Assembly (NCBI GenBank): GCA_033762915.1
Contig: JANRLD010000065.1
Coordinates: 1-20,470, forward strand
DNA length: 20,470 bases
Source of the DNA: Meiothermus sp.
GTDB lineage: Bacteria; Deinococcota; Deinococci; Deinococcales; Thermaceae
Reading direction: 5' to 3'
The notes beneath the pieces were generated by a model. That model did no database searches, was not told where the DNA came from, and worked only from the letters and a program-made list of their open reading frames with translations. A program made the position numbers and the translations under genes. Shown one piece after another: positions 9,018 through 17,131 of the stretch (position 1 is the first letter of the stretch; every line of letters starts with the position of its first letter).

Positions 9018-9155
9018 GGCTCGAGGGGTGACCGCCGGAAAAACTGAAAGGTACGCTCGAACACCTCACTACATGACGGTGTATCGGGCGTAAACAACGC
9101 TCTATATGAGCGCTTTACTCAGGGTAAAGGCTTATACGATTTTTATGGGGAAGAC

Positions 9156-9641
9156 ATGATCTTCGAAGTCATTCCTTACAAAGGACTCGTAAAGGTTCAT
9201 TTTGGCATGTTGCGGCGGCAAGTTCATGAGCTTCTAGGCCATCCCACATGGGCGCAAGGGCCAGACTCAACAGGACTAATTTTGGAGAGCTTTTTCGTGG
9301 ATAGTTACGCCGTTTTGGTGGGTTACTTGGGCGAGGTATGCGAGTACATCGCCATCTTCGGCGGTGCCGAGGAGCAAAATCCACCAGAGGTTTCGCTGAA
9401 CTCGGATGGCGTTTTGATAACGGGTATCCTGGACAAGTCGTTTGGGGAAATGCGGAACCTGGCTGCCCAGCTCGACCCCACGTCTTATTTCGTTGCCGAT
9501 GCCCGCAGCATCGTCGTGCCCAAGTACGGTTTTCTCTTTGTCAGCGATGGGACTGAATCGCAGCCAAACTTGAAGGGTCTAGTAATCGAATTGTCTAGCA
9601 AAGCCTATTGGTCGAGGTACGTTCCCGTAGCCGGGCTGTAG
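9156..9641 (+). CDS. Hypothetical protein, lower GC, possibly immunity-protein-like
   Basis: 161-aa ORF with A/T-rich codons; N-terminus FEVIPYKG...HFGM.R.QV..LLG.P. Confidence 0.65.
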   Translation: MIFEVIPYKGLVKVHFGMLRRQVHELLGHPTWAQGPDSTGLILESFFVDSYAVLVGYLGEVCEYIAIFGGAEEQNPPEVSLNSDGVLITGILDKSFGEMRNLAAQLDPTSYFVADARSIVVPKYGFLFVSDGTESQPNLKGLVIELSSKAYWSRYVPVAGL

Positions 9642-9682
9642 CCAGGACTGTGTGGAGATGCTGTTCACAACTCCTACAAGCC

Positions 9683-10819
9683 TCACTTCCAGTACGGCTT
9701 CACCGTCTCGAGCATCCGCTCCACCACCTGCCGGTTCCGCCGCTCGATCTCGGGTTTGCGGGGGATGGCCTGGTAGCCGCCCTCGGGGTCGTGGAGGGTG
9801 TGGGTGAGGAAGTGGCCCAGGCGGGTGCCCCAGCGCTGGAGCCAGGGCTCGGGCAGGTGGTCGGGGAGGGGGGCGTCTTGCAGGGTCAGGTAGAGCATGG
9901 TCCAGATGCGGGTGCAGGCGTCTAGGCTGTAGCCGCCGCCCAGCGTGTAGACGGCGTTGCCGCCCGCGTACTCGCGCACGTACTGGCGCAGCAGCGGGAA
10001 AATCTTGGCGTAGGCCCGGGTGGTCAGCAGGATCTCGGCCAAGGGGTCTTGGTAGTGGGGGTCGGCCCCGCACTGAATCACCAGGGCGTCGGGGCGGAAC
10101 CAGGCCAGGGCGGGCTCGAGGCTCATCTGCAAGACCTCTAAATAGCTGTCGTCCTCGGTGAAGGGCTCGAGGGGGACGTTGAGCTTGCGCCCGGTGCCCT
10201 CGGCCTTGCCGATCTCGTGGATGTGGCCGGTGCCGGGGTAGAGGTAGCGCCCCGACTCGTGGATCGAGAAGGTGAGGACGTTGGGCTCGTCGTAGTGAAT
10301 CCACTGCACCCCGTCGCCGTGGTGCACGTCGATGTCGAGGTAGGCCACCCGCAGCCCCTGGCCGGTTAGGTGCCGAATCCCCACCGAGAGATCGTTATAG
10401 ATACAGAAGCCCGAGGCCAGGTCTTTCTGGGCGTGGTGCAGGCCGCCGCCGAGTTGCAAGACCTCCTTGGCCCGGCCCTCGGCGATCATTCGGGCCCCCT
10501 CGAGGGTTCCTCCCGCCAGCCACCGCGCCGCCTCGTCCATGCCGGCGAAGATGGGGGTGTCGGCGGTGCCCACCCCATAGTGCTCGAAGTCCGGCGAGCG
10601 CTCGCCATTGCTGGCCGCCTCGACCCGCCGCACGAAGGCCTCGAGGTGCACCGAGCGGATGTCCTCGCGGGTGGCGGCGCTGGGCTCAACGAAGTCCAGC
10701 GGCTGCCCCAACTCTCGCAGCAAATCGGTCAGCATCTCGAGCCTGACCGGGCTAAAGGGGTGCTGCGGCCCGAAGTTGTACAGGGCGTAGTGGGGAGAGA
10801 AGATGACTGGAAGGGGCAT
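9683..10819 (-). CDS. acuC: Acetoin utilization protein AcuC (histone-deacetylase family)
   Basis: HPF.P.R, GGLHHA, SGFCIYND, DIDVHHGDGVQ, SIHE, GAD, GGGY motifs. Confidence 0.95.
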   Translation of the reverse strand: MPLPVIFSPHYALYNFGPQHPFSPVRLEMLTDLLRELGQPLDFVEPSAATREDIRSVHLEAFVRRVEAASNGERSPDFEHYGVGTADTPIFAGMDEAARWLAGGTLEGARMIAEGRAKEVLQLGGGLHHAQKDLASGFCIYNDLSVGIRHLTGQGLRVAYLDIDVHHGDGVQWIHYDEPNVLTFSIHESGRYLYPGTGHIHEIGKAEGTGRKLNVPLEPFTEDDSYLEVLQMSLEPALAWFRPDALVIQCGADPHYQDPLAEILLTTRAYAKIFPLLRQYVREYAGGNAVYTLGGGYSLDACTRIWTMLYLTLQDAPLPDHLPEPWLQRWGTRLGHFLTHTLHDPEGGYQAIPRKPEIERRNRQVVERMLETVKPYWK

Positions 10820-10909
10820 AAGTGGAAAAGGCGAGAAAGGGGGAAGGGGAAACCGCTGGGCTGGGTTCCGACCTTGCCTTCCCTTTCCTCTTTCCTCCTT
10901 CCTCCTTTA

Positions 10910-11536
10910 TTAGCTTTTAAACACCGGTGGCCACAGCACCTCGAACTTGGCGTCGTAGAGGGACTTGGCGAGCTTGCGGGTCTCGAGGGTGCCGATGCGC
11001 AGGACGGTGCAGATGGTGCCTTCGTCGTAGGGGTAGGTTAGGACGGAGTGGATGTTGATGCCCTGCTCGGCCAGGAGCTGGGTGAGGCGGGCCAGTTGGC
11101 CGGGCTTGTCGTCGAGGCGCACCTCGATGCGGCCGCTGGGCTTCTCGGCCCCGGTCAGCCGGAGCAAGGCGTCCAGCAGGTCGATCCCGGTCACGATGCC
11201 CACCAGCTCCGCGCCGTCGAGGATGGGGAGCGCGCCGATCTTGCGCTGGCGCATGACCCGCGCCGCGTCCTCCACGGGGTCCCTGGGGTCGCCGGTGACC
11301 ACCGGCTGGCTCATCACCTCGCGGATGGGGGTTTGCAGGGGCTTGGCCCCGCTGGGCGAGAAGGGCGAGGCCGCCAGCCGCAGGTCGCGGTCGGTCACCA
11401 CCCCCACCACCCGACCCGTCTCCACCACCGGCACGTGGCGAATCCGCCGCTTCATCATCGCCGCGTAGGCCGCCTCGAGGCTGGCCGACGGCTCTAGGGT
11501 GAACACCGGGCTGTGCATCACGTCTTTGACAAGCAC
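10910..11536 (-). CDS. acuB: CBS-pair + ACT domain protein (AcuB family)
   Basis: Two CBS repeats (RHVPV..GVVTDRD; GALPI..GIVT..D) and ACT (DDKPGQLA..GINIHSV). GTG 11536 lies 6 nt after TACACT; ATG 11542 is the alternative start. Confidence 0.9.
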   Translation of the reverse strand: MLVKDVMHSPVFTLEPSASLEAAYAAMMKRRIRHVPVVETGRVVGVVTDRDLRLAASPFSPSGAKPLQTPIREVMSQPVVTGDPRDPVEDAARVMRQRKIGALPILDGAELVGIVTGIDLLDALLRLTGAEKPSGRIEVRLDDKPGQLARLTQLLAEQGINIHSVLTYPYDEGTICTVLRIGTLETRKLAKSLYDAKFEVLWPPVFKS

Positions 11537-11732
11537 GGGCATAGTGTATCGAGAATTACAGTCGGAGGACAGGGGACAAATGACGGAACTGAAAAGGCGA
11601 GGAAAGGGTGAAGGGAAGGAGGGAGGAGAAACCGCCGGGTTGTGGCCTGTCCTCTCGTCCCTCCGTGCTCCCGCCGCTCGAGACACGCCTAAAATCACCG
11701 CGATATCCCGCCGCCTCGTCTACACTGGGGCG

Positions 11733-13391
11733 ATGCTGGCCTTGCGATTTCAACTGCTGTGGAACGGGTTTCGACAGGCCCCGGGTGGGGTGCTGGCGGG
11801 GCTGGTGCTGGGGGCGGCGCTGGTCTGGGCGGCCTATGCGGGCACGGCCTGGTTCCTGAGCTTCCTGAGCGGCGAGCTGACCGGCTCAGCTTCGATCATC
11901 GAGCGGCTGCGGGCGACCTTCGTGCGCGATGTGCTGGTGGAGCGAATCCTGGGCAGTTTCCTGCTGGTGCTCTCTACCTCGGCCATCCTCTCGGCCATCC
12001 CCAACGCGGTGGCGGTTCTGTACACCTCCGAAGACCTGCCCATGCACTTGGCCCTGCCGCAGCATGCCAGCCGTGTCTTTATGTTCAAGGTCAGCGAGGT
12101 CTACAGCAGTACCGCGCTGCTCCCGACCCTCCTGACCGTGCCGGTGCTGTTCGCCTACGGGCAGTTCTACGGCGCTTCACCCATCTTCTACGTGGGCGCG
12201 GTCTTCGTGGCGGTGGCGCTGTTCGCCTTCCCGGTGGTGGTGGGGGTAGCGCTGGCCCTGCCGCTGGTGCGCTTCGCCCCGGCGGGCCGGGCGCGGGAGT
12301 GGGCGGCGGCGCTGGGGGCAGTGCTGGGCGGCGCCCTGATCTTCCTGTTGCGCGCCTTGCGCCCCGAGGCCCTGCTCCAGACCAACTTCGCCAACCCCGA
12401 GGAGATGGACAAATTCCTCCAGACTTTCCGCGACCCCTCCGCCCCCTTCCTGCCCTCCTCGCTGGCCCAGAACGCGCTGAAGGGTCTGATCGAGGGGCAG
12501 GTCGCCGCCAGCTTTTGGATCGTGGTGCTGGCCTCGCTGGGTCTGCTGGTGGTCGCGGGTCTGGTGGCGGGTTACGCCTATCAGCTCGGCTGGGTGCGGG
12601 GCCTCGAGGGCACCGTGCGCGAGCGCGGGGTCGTGAGGGTGGGGCTGATGGACCGGCTGGCGATGGAGAGCCCGGCCCTGGCCATGTGGACCCGCGACCT
12701 GCGCCTGTTCTTCCGCGACGCCAACCAGGCCGCGCAACTCATCCTGGTGGGGGTGCTGGTGCTCTTGTACACCACCAGCTTGCAGTACATTCCCCTCAGC
12801 GACAGCCGCTTCCAGGTGGTGGCGGGCTTTTTGCACCTGTGCTTCCAGGGTTTCGTGATCGCGGGGGTGGGGGTGCGGCTGGCCTACCCGCTGTACAGCC
12901 TCGAGGGTCAGGGCTTCTGGATGATCCAGACCGGTCCCATCTCCAAGGTGCAGGTGCTCCTGACCCGCTTCGGGCTGGCCCTCTTGTTCCTGCTGCCGCT
13001 GGGCATCCTGCTGGGCTGGTACAGCCCCCGCGTCATCGGCCTCGACGCCAACCTGACTGTGATCTCACTCTTCCTGGGCATCGCCTCGGCGGTGGCGGCG
13101 GCGGGGATCGGGGTGGGGCTGGGCGCCGCCTACCCCAAGTTCGACGCCTCCAACCCCGCCGAGGTCCCCATCGGGCTGGGCGGATTCCTCTATATGGGCA
13201 TCACCCTGCTGCACTCCGCCGGCCTGGTGGTGCTGGCCAGCCGGCCGGTCTTCCTGGCCATCACCCAGCGCGACTCCGGCTACCTCTTCGGCCCCGAGGG
13301 GATGCTGTGGCTGGGGATACTGGTGGTGGCAACGGTGGTTCCGGCGGCGCTGGCGCTGTGGTACGGGTATGTGCGCATGGGGGAGAAGTAG
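11733..13391 (+). CDS. Putative ABC transporter permease (ABC-2/ABC_tran_2-like, 552 aa)
   Basis: Many TM segments, S.DL..L.LP..V...K, RDLR.FFRD, SLEG.GFW motifs; TACACT-N6-ATG start. Confidence 0.85.
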   Translation: MLALRFQLLWNGFRQAPGGVLAGLVLGAALVWAAYAGTAWFLSFLSGELTGSASIIERLRATFVRDVLVERILGSFLLVLSTSAILSAIPNAVAVLYTSEDLPMHLALPQHASRVFMFKVSEVYSSTALLPTLLTVPVLFAYGQFYGASPIFYVGAVFVAVALFAFPVVVGVALALPLVRFAPAGRAREWAAALGAVLGGALIFLLRALRPEALLQTNFANPEEMDKFLQTFRDPSAPFLPSSLAQNALKGLIEGQVAASFWIVVLASLGLLVVAGLVAGYAYQLGWVRGLEGTVRERGVVRVGLMDRLAMESPALAMWTRDLRLFFRDANQAAQLILVGVLVLLYTTSLQYIPLSDSRFQVVAGFLHLCFQGFVIAGVGVRLAYPLYSLEGQGFWMIQTGPISKVQVLLTRFGLALLFLLPLGILLGWYSPRVIGLDANLTVISLFLGIASAVAAAGIGVGLGAAYPKFDASNPAEVPIGLGGFLYMGITLLHSAGLVVLASRPVFLAITQRDSGYLFGPEGMLWLGILVVATVVPAALALWYGYVRMGEK

Positions 13392-13461
13392 GCCGCAGCG
13401 CAGTTTTGGCATAACCGGCGCGATACAGCGCTCCCCAGAGCGTACCCGCTGTGTTTGCGGG

Positions 13462-13505
13462 GGCGGACTTCAGCCCCAAGGTCAGAGCACGGGTTAAAAC
13501 CCGCC
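13462..13505. repeat. Degenerate REP/REPIN-like inverted pair
   Basis: GGCGGACTTCAGCCC vs GGGTTAAAACCCGCC: 11/15 inverted identity, all differences transitions; each unit is a short imperfect palindrome. Confidence 0.4.
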
Positions 13506-13576
13506 GTAAGCCTGAAACCTGATCCAGTGTCGGGAAAACCCAATTTTCCTGGTTGGCGATTGGCTATGGTATGAAA

Positions 13577-14545
13577 ATGCGCTGGTGGATTGTCCCTGGA
13601 CTGTTGGGCTTGTTGGCCACGACGTGGGTATTTTGGGGTGGCGTTGAGCAGCAGCCCACCACGGCCGAGGACCCGAAGCTGCCGGGGCTCGAGCTGGCCG
13701 GGTACCGCTTTCACGCCCAAACCTTCGGCGACCCCCAAAATCCGACGGTGGTGGTCCTGCACGGCGGGCCGGGGGACGATTTCAGCTTCCAGCTACCCCT
13801 CAAGGTCTTGTCCGACCGCTATTTTGTCGTGTTTTACGATCAGCGCGGCACGGGCCTGTCGCCCCGTGTTCCCGATGAACAGATTACCCTCGAGCACTAC
13901 CTGACCGACCTCGACAACATTATCAACCACTACGGTAAGGGACGCCCGGTGTATCTGATCGGGCACTCGTGGGGAGGCATGCTGGCGACCGCTTATGTGG
14001 GCCGTTTTCCCCACAAGGTCGATCGGCTGGTGCTGGCGGCGGCGGGGCCGCTCGGGCAAGGCGATCAGGATCGCCTTGAGGCCGAGTTCGCGGCGCTCTC
14101 GGGGGGGCTGTGGTGGCCGGGCCTGGGGGTGTACCTGCGGTCGATGATGGTGCGGGCCGGGGATGATCGCGACGATTTCATCTATGGCGAGCTGGGCCGC
14201 CTGTGGCTATACCACCCCGATAATCGCTACCACTGCCCCGGCGGGCCGCCGCCCCACAGCGCCTTTCGGTCGGGCGCTCGAGTGGGAAGCCAGCTGTTAA
14301 GCCGCATCAGGGCCGAGGGCGGGCCAGAAGGCATATCGATTTTGCGGAGGGGCGTGGAGCGTTTTGAGCCCGAGGTGTTGTTCTTGGTGGGGGCTTGTGA
14401 TGGTTGGCTGGGTCAGTCTTTGCAGGCCAAGCAAAGGCTCTACTTCAGGAAAAGCCGGCTGGTGGTAGTTGAGGGCGTGGGTCACATGATGTTTTTGGAG
14501 AACATAGAAGCCGTGCAGCAGCAAATTCGGGCCTATTTGCGCTGA
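13577..14545 (+). CDS. Alpha/beta hydrolase (proline iminopeptidase-like), N-terminal TM/signal
   Basis: HGGPG, YDQRG.G.S, nucleophile GHSWGG, G..D and GH motifs; TATGGT-N6-ATG at 13577. Confidence 0.9.
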   Translation: MRWWIVPGLLGLLATTWVFWGGVEQQPTTAEDPKLPGLELAGYRFHAQTFGDPQNPTVVVLHGGPGDDFSFQLPLKVLSDRYFVVFYDQRGTGLSPRVPDEQITLEHYLTDLDNIINHYGKGRPVYLIGHSWGGMLATAYVGRFPHKVDRLVLAAAGPLGQGDQDRLEAEFAALSGGLWWPGLGVYLRSMMVRAGDDRDDFIYGELGRLWLYHPDNRYHCPGGPPPHSAFRSGARVGSQLLSRIRAEGGPEGISILRRGVERFEPEVLFLVGACDGWLGQSLQAKQRLYFRKSRLVVVEGVGHMMFLENIEAVQQQIRAYLR

Positions 14546-14725
14546 GTTGATTCGGTGGCTTTGGGGCTTCGCGAGGCCGCCCAACGCCGCAGCTATGCGC
14601 CCCGATGCAAGCACTGGTGCAAGGATGGGCGTAACCTAAGCGGGTGTCTCGGGGTGGCACCTCGCGTGTCAAAAATGCACACACCAAAAACTGTTGGGCC
14701 GTCCCCCTCGAGCTACAATGGCCTA

Positions 14726-15916
14726 ATGTTCGACTTTTACAACGTTTCCGACCTGCTCACCCCGGAAGAGCGCGACATCCAGAAGGCCGCTAGAAAGTTC
14801 CTGGACGCCGAGTGCATGCCGCACATCTCGCAGTGGTGGGAGGACGCCGAGTTCCCGGTCCACCTGATCCGCAAGTTCGGCGAGATGGGCTTTCTAGGCA
14901 CCACCATCCCGGCCGAGTACGGCGGCATGGGGGCCAGCGCCGCCGCCTACGGGGTGGTGGGGTACGAACTCGAGCGCGTAGACTCCGGGCTGCGCTCGTT
15001 CTGTAGCGTGCAGAGCTCGCTGGTGATGTACCCCATCTACGCCTTCGGCTCCGAGGAGCAGAAGCGCGAGTACCTGCCCAAGCTGGCCACCGGCGAGTAC
15101 GTGGGCTGCTTCGGCCTGACCGAGGCCGACGGCGGCTCGGACCCCGACGCCAACATGAAGACCCGGGCCCGCAAGGATGGCGGCGACTACGTGCTCAATG
15201 GGTCCAAGATGTGGATCACCAATGGCAACCTGGCCCAGGTGGCGGTGGTGTGGGCCAAGGACGACGAGGGCGTCGTGCGCGGCTTTACCGTGCCCACCGA
15301 CACCAAGGGCTTCAAGGCCAACAAGATCCACCGCAAGGCCAGCCTTAGGGCCAGCGTGACCAGCGAACTGGTCTTGGAGGACGTGCGGGTGCCCGCCAGC
15401 GCCATGCTCCCTGGCGTGAAGGGCCTCAAGGGGCCGCTCTCCTGCCTGACCCAGGCCCGCTACGGTATCGCCTGGGGGGCGCTGGGGGCGCTCGAGGCGG
15501 TCTACACCGAGGCCCTCGACTACGCCAAGACCCGCACTACGTTTGGGGCCCCCATCGCCAGCCGCCAGCTGGTACAGGACAAGCTGGTGCGGATGGCCTC
15601 CGACCACACCAAGGGCCTGCTCTTGGCCTGGCGGCTGAGCCAGCTCAAGGACGCCGGACAGCTCAAGCCGGCCCAAGTAAGCCTGGGTAAGCGCGACAAC
15701 GTGCGGGCCGCCCTGAACGGCGCGCGGATGGCCAGGGAAATCCTGGGCGGCAGCGGCATTACCCTCGAGTACCACAGCTTTAGGCATATGGCCAACCTCG
15801 AGACCGTGGACACCTACGAGGGCACCCACGACATCCACACCCTGATTCTGGGCCGCGAGTTCACCGGCGAGAACGCCCTGGGCGAGATTGCGAAGAAGGA
15901 AGCGGTCTCGAGGTAA
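14726..15916 (+). CDS. Acyl-CoA dehydrogenase, glutaryl-CoA dehydrogenase-like
   Basis: ELERVDSGLRS..SVQSSL, GCFGLTE..GSDP, K.WITNG, SLRASVT, TYEGTHDIH; TACAAT-N6-ATG. Confidence 0.93.
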   Translation: MFDFYNVSDLLTPEERDIQKAARKFLDAECMPHISQWWEDAEFPVHLIRKFGEMGFLGTTIPAEYGGMGASAAAYGVVGYELERVDSGLRSFCSVQSSLVMYPIYAFGSEEQKREYLPKLATGEYVGCFGLTEADGGSDPDANMKTRARKDGGDYVLNGSKMWITNGNLAQVAVVWAKDDEGVVRGFTVPTDTKGFKANKIHRKASLRASVTSELVLEDVRVPASAMLPGVKGLKGPLSCLTQARYGIAWGALGALEAVYTEALDYAKTRTTFGAPIASRQLVQDKLVRMASDHTKGLLLAWRLSQLKDAGQLKPAQVSLGKRDNVRAALNGARMAREILGGSGITLEYHSFRHMANLETVDTYEGTHDIHTLILGREFTGENALGEIAKKEAVSR

Positions 15917-15934
15917 ACAGGTTGTGGTTTTAAA

Positions 15935-15966
15935 GTAGCGGCGACCCGGGTCGCCGCTACACTTTT
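15935..15966 (+). terminator. 26-bp perfect palindrome, likely terminator of the acyl-CoA dehydrogenase gene (GTAG-REP-like)
   Basis: GTAGCGGCGACCC|GGGTCGCCGCTAC followed by ACTTTT, 18 nt after the stop. Confidence 0.7.
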
Positions 15967-16059
15967 CGAATGTGGTAATTTCCGAGAACTCCGAGTGGGC
16001 ACGAGAGTACATGCGTCAGTCTGACTGTATGGGGTGCCAAATAGGGTTTTTCGCAAGCT

Positions 16060-16259
16060 TATTGCGTTTCCCACCATTACTTCCCTCGCGGCGGCAGGTA
16101 ATGTACTCCCTGTCGCGTTTCCCACCACTACTCCGCCCACGGTGCGGAGTAGTGCACACGGTACGGCAACAACCGCCGTACCGTGTGTTCGTGGGAACCG
16201 CTCTACAGCAAAAACCGCCCGCTTTAGCGCCGTAGGGAGTATGCGTGGGAACCGCTCTA
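16060..16259. mobile_element. MITE-like element, outer copy (interrupted by a nested copy and a 12-nt insertion)
   Basis: Termini TATTGCGTTTCCCAC ... GTGGGAACCGCTCTA; reconstructs to 95 bp, collinear with the other copies. Confidence 0.8.
16111..16205. mobile_element. MITE-like element, intact 95-bp nested copy
   Basis: TGTCGCGTTTCCCAC, 11-bp hairpin (16126-16154), 13-bp hairpin (16155-16187), GTGGGAACCGCTCTA. Confidence 0.85.
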
Positions 16260-16288
16260 GGGTTGTTATCCTTGGCAGCTTACCAGCT

Positions 16289-16312
16289 AAAAACCCCCGC
16301 AAGTGCGGGGGT
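16289..16312 (-). terminator. Terminator of the doxX/doxD gene
   Basis: ACCCCCGC/GCGGGGGT stem with AAAAA on the + strand (U-tract on -). Confidence 0.8.
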
Positions 16313-16334
16313 CTCGAGCCTTTACCTTTTGCCG

Positions 16335-16916
16335 TTAGTTGTTCATCCGCTGCGGGATCTCGCCGCGCTGGTTAAACCTCACGCCCAGCCAGCTCAGCAC
16401 CCAGTAATCCAGGCCCAGGTAGCCGGCGGTGCGCCAGGCCAGGACCAGCCAGGTAGCCACGATGAACATCCAGGGGTTGGCGCTCACGGTGCCGGCCAGC
16501 AGGAAGGCCGCGTTCATAAAGCCGCCGAAGAAGGCCGCGATGCCGGTGAAGAGGCCCGCGATCAGGGCCAGCCCGACCAGGATCTCGCCGAAGACCACCA
16601 GGTAGCTGAAGAGGGTGGCGTTGGGCAGAGCCACGTTCTGGATGAACCAGGCGTACCAGCCGGTCACATCGGGGTGGTCGCCGGTGGTTTTCTGCAGGGC
16701 CCCGTTCAGGAAGCCGCTGATGGCCGCCCCGGCCTTCTCGCCCACCCACACGCCCGCGGGGTTGGTCAACTTGCCCCAGCCGGCCTCGAGCCAGTGCCAG
16801 CCCAGCCATATGCGCAGCACCAGCCACAGCGGGGAGAGCCGTACGTCGGCGAAGAGGAAGCGGGCCAGGCTGGGCTCGGCTACCTGGGTGTTGGGGTTGA
16901 TTCTTGCGGTTGCCAT
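16335..16916 (-). CDS. DoxX/DoxD family membrane protein (TQO small subunit-like)
   Basis: LRIWLGW.WL.AG..K, WY..F...V..PN...F..LV..GE..VG..LI.G..T, MN..F.LAG..S.NP, G..GLD; GGAGG SD. Confidence 0.88.
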   Translation of the reverse strand: MATARINPNTQVAEPSLARFLFADVRLSPLWLVLRIWLGWHWLEAGWGKLTNPAGVWVGEKAGAAISGFLNGALQKTTGDHPDVTGWYAWFIQNVALPNATLFSYLVVFGEILVGLALIAGLFTGIAAFFGGFMNAAFLLAGTVSANPWMFIVATWLVLAWRTAGYLGLDYWVLSWLGVRFNQRGEIPQRMNN

Positions 16917-17081
16917 TCTCTACCTCCCTTTCTATGCGACTAACGTACGCTTGTTACTGCGATAGAAGTAGAGGAGTTTGTACCCAATCATTTGTACCTG
17001 TACCCCTGTGGGTTAAGGGGTAGGATTGAGTCTTTTTGGCCTCGAGTCTGTGCCCGCGAGAGGCCCGGCCGAAACCCAGCC

Positions 17082-17110
17082 AAATCAAAACCCCTCCCGG
17101 TGGGAGGGGT
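17082..17110 (-). terminator. Terminator of the pil/comZ operon
   Basis: ACCCCTCCC/GGGAGGGGT stem with TTTTGATTT tail on the minus strand. Confidence 0.8.
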
Positions 17111-17131
17111 ACGGGGCGGAGGAGTTAGGCC

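Noticed and set aside
8275..9641. fdxN-like excision element or prophage
   Set aside because: No recombinase, no interrupted host gene and no flanking direct repeats that I could find.
11499..13414. N-terminal extensions of the permease (11499) and acuB (11698), and the 551-aa ORF 11759..13414
   Set aside because: The extensions run through promoters and repeat DNA; the 551-aa ORF is a Gly/Ala-rich off-frame shadow.
16060..16259. CRISPR mini-array (GTTTCCCAC / GTGGGAACCG resemble type I-E repeat halves)
   Set aside because: The motifs run left-left-right-right (nested inverted ends), the interiors are homologous hairpins rather than unique spacers, and no cas genes are present.
15814..16375. 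ORFs 15814..16302, 15972..16235 and 16034..16375
   Set aside because: They translate the nested repeat element (hence repeated ERFPR/FPP peptides) and cross terminators; no start signals.
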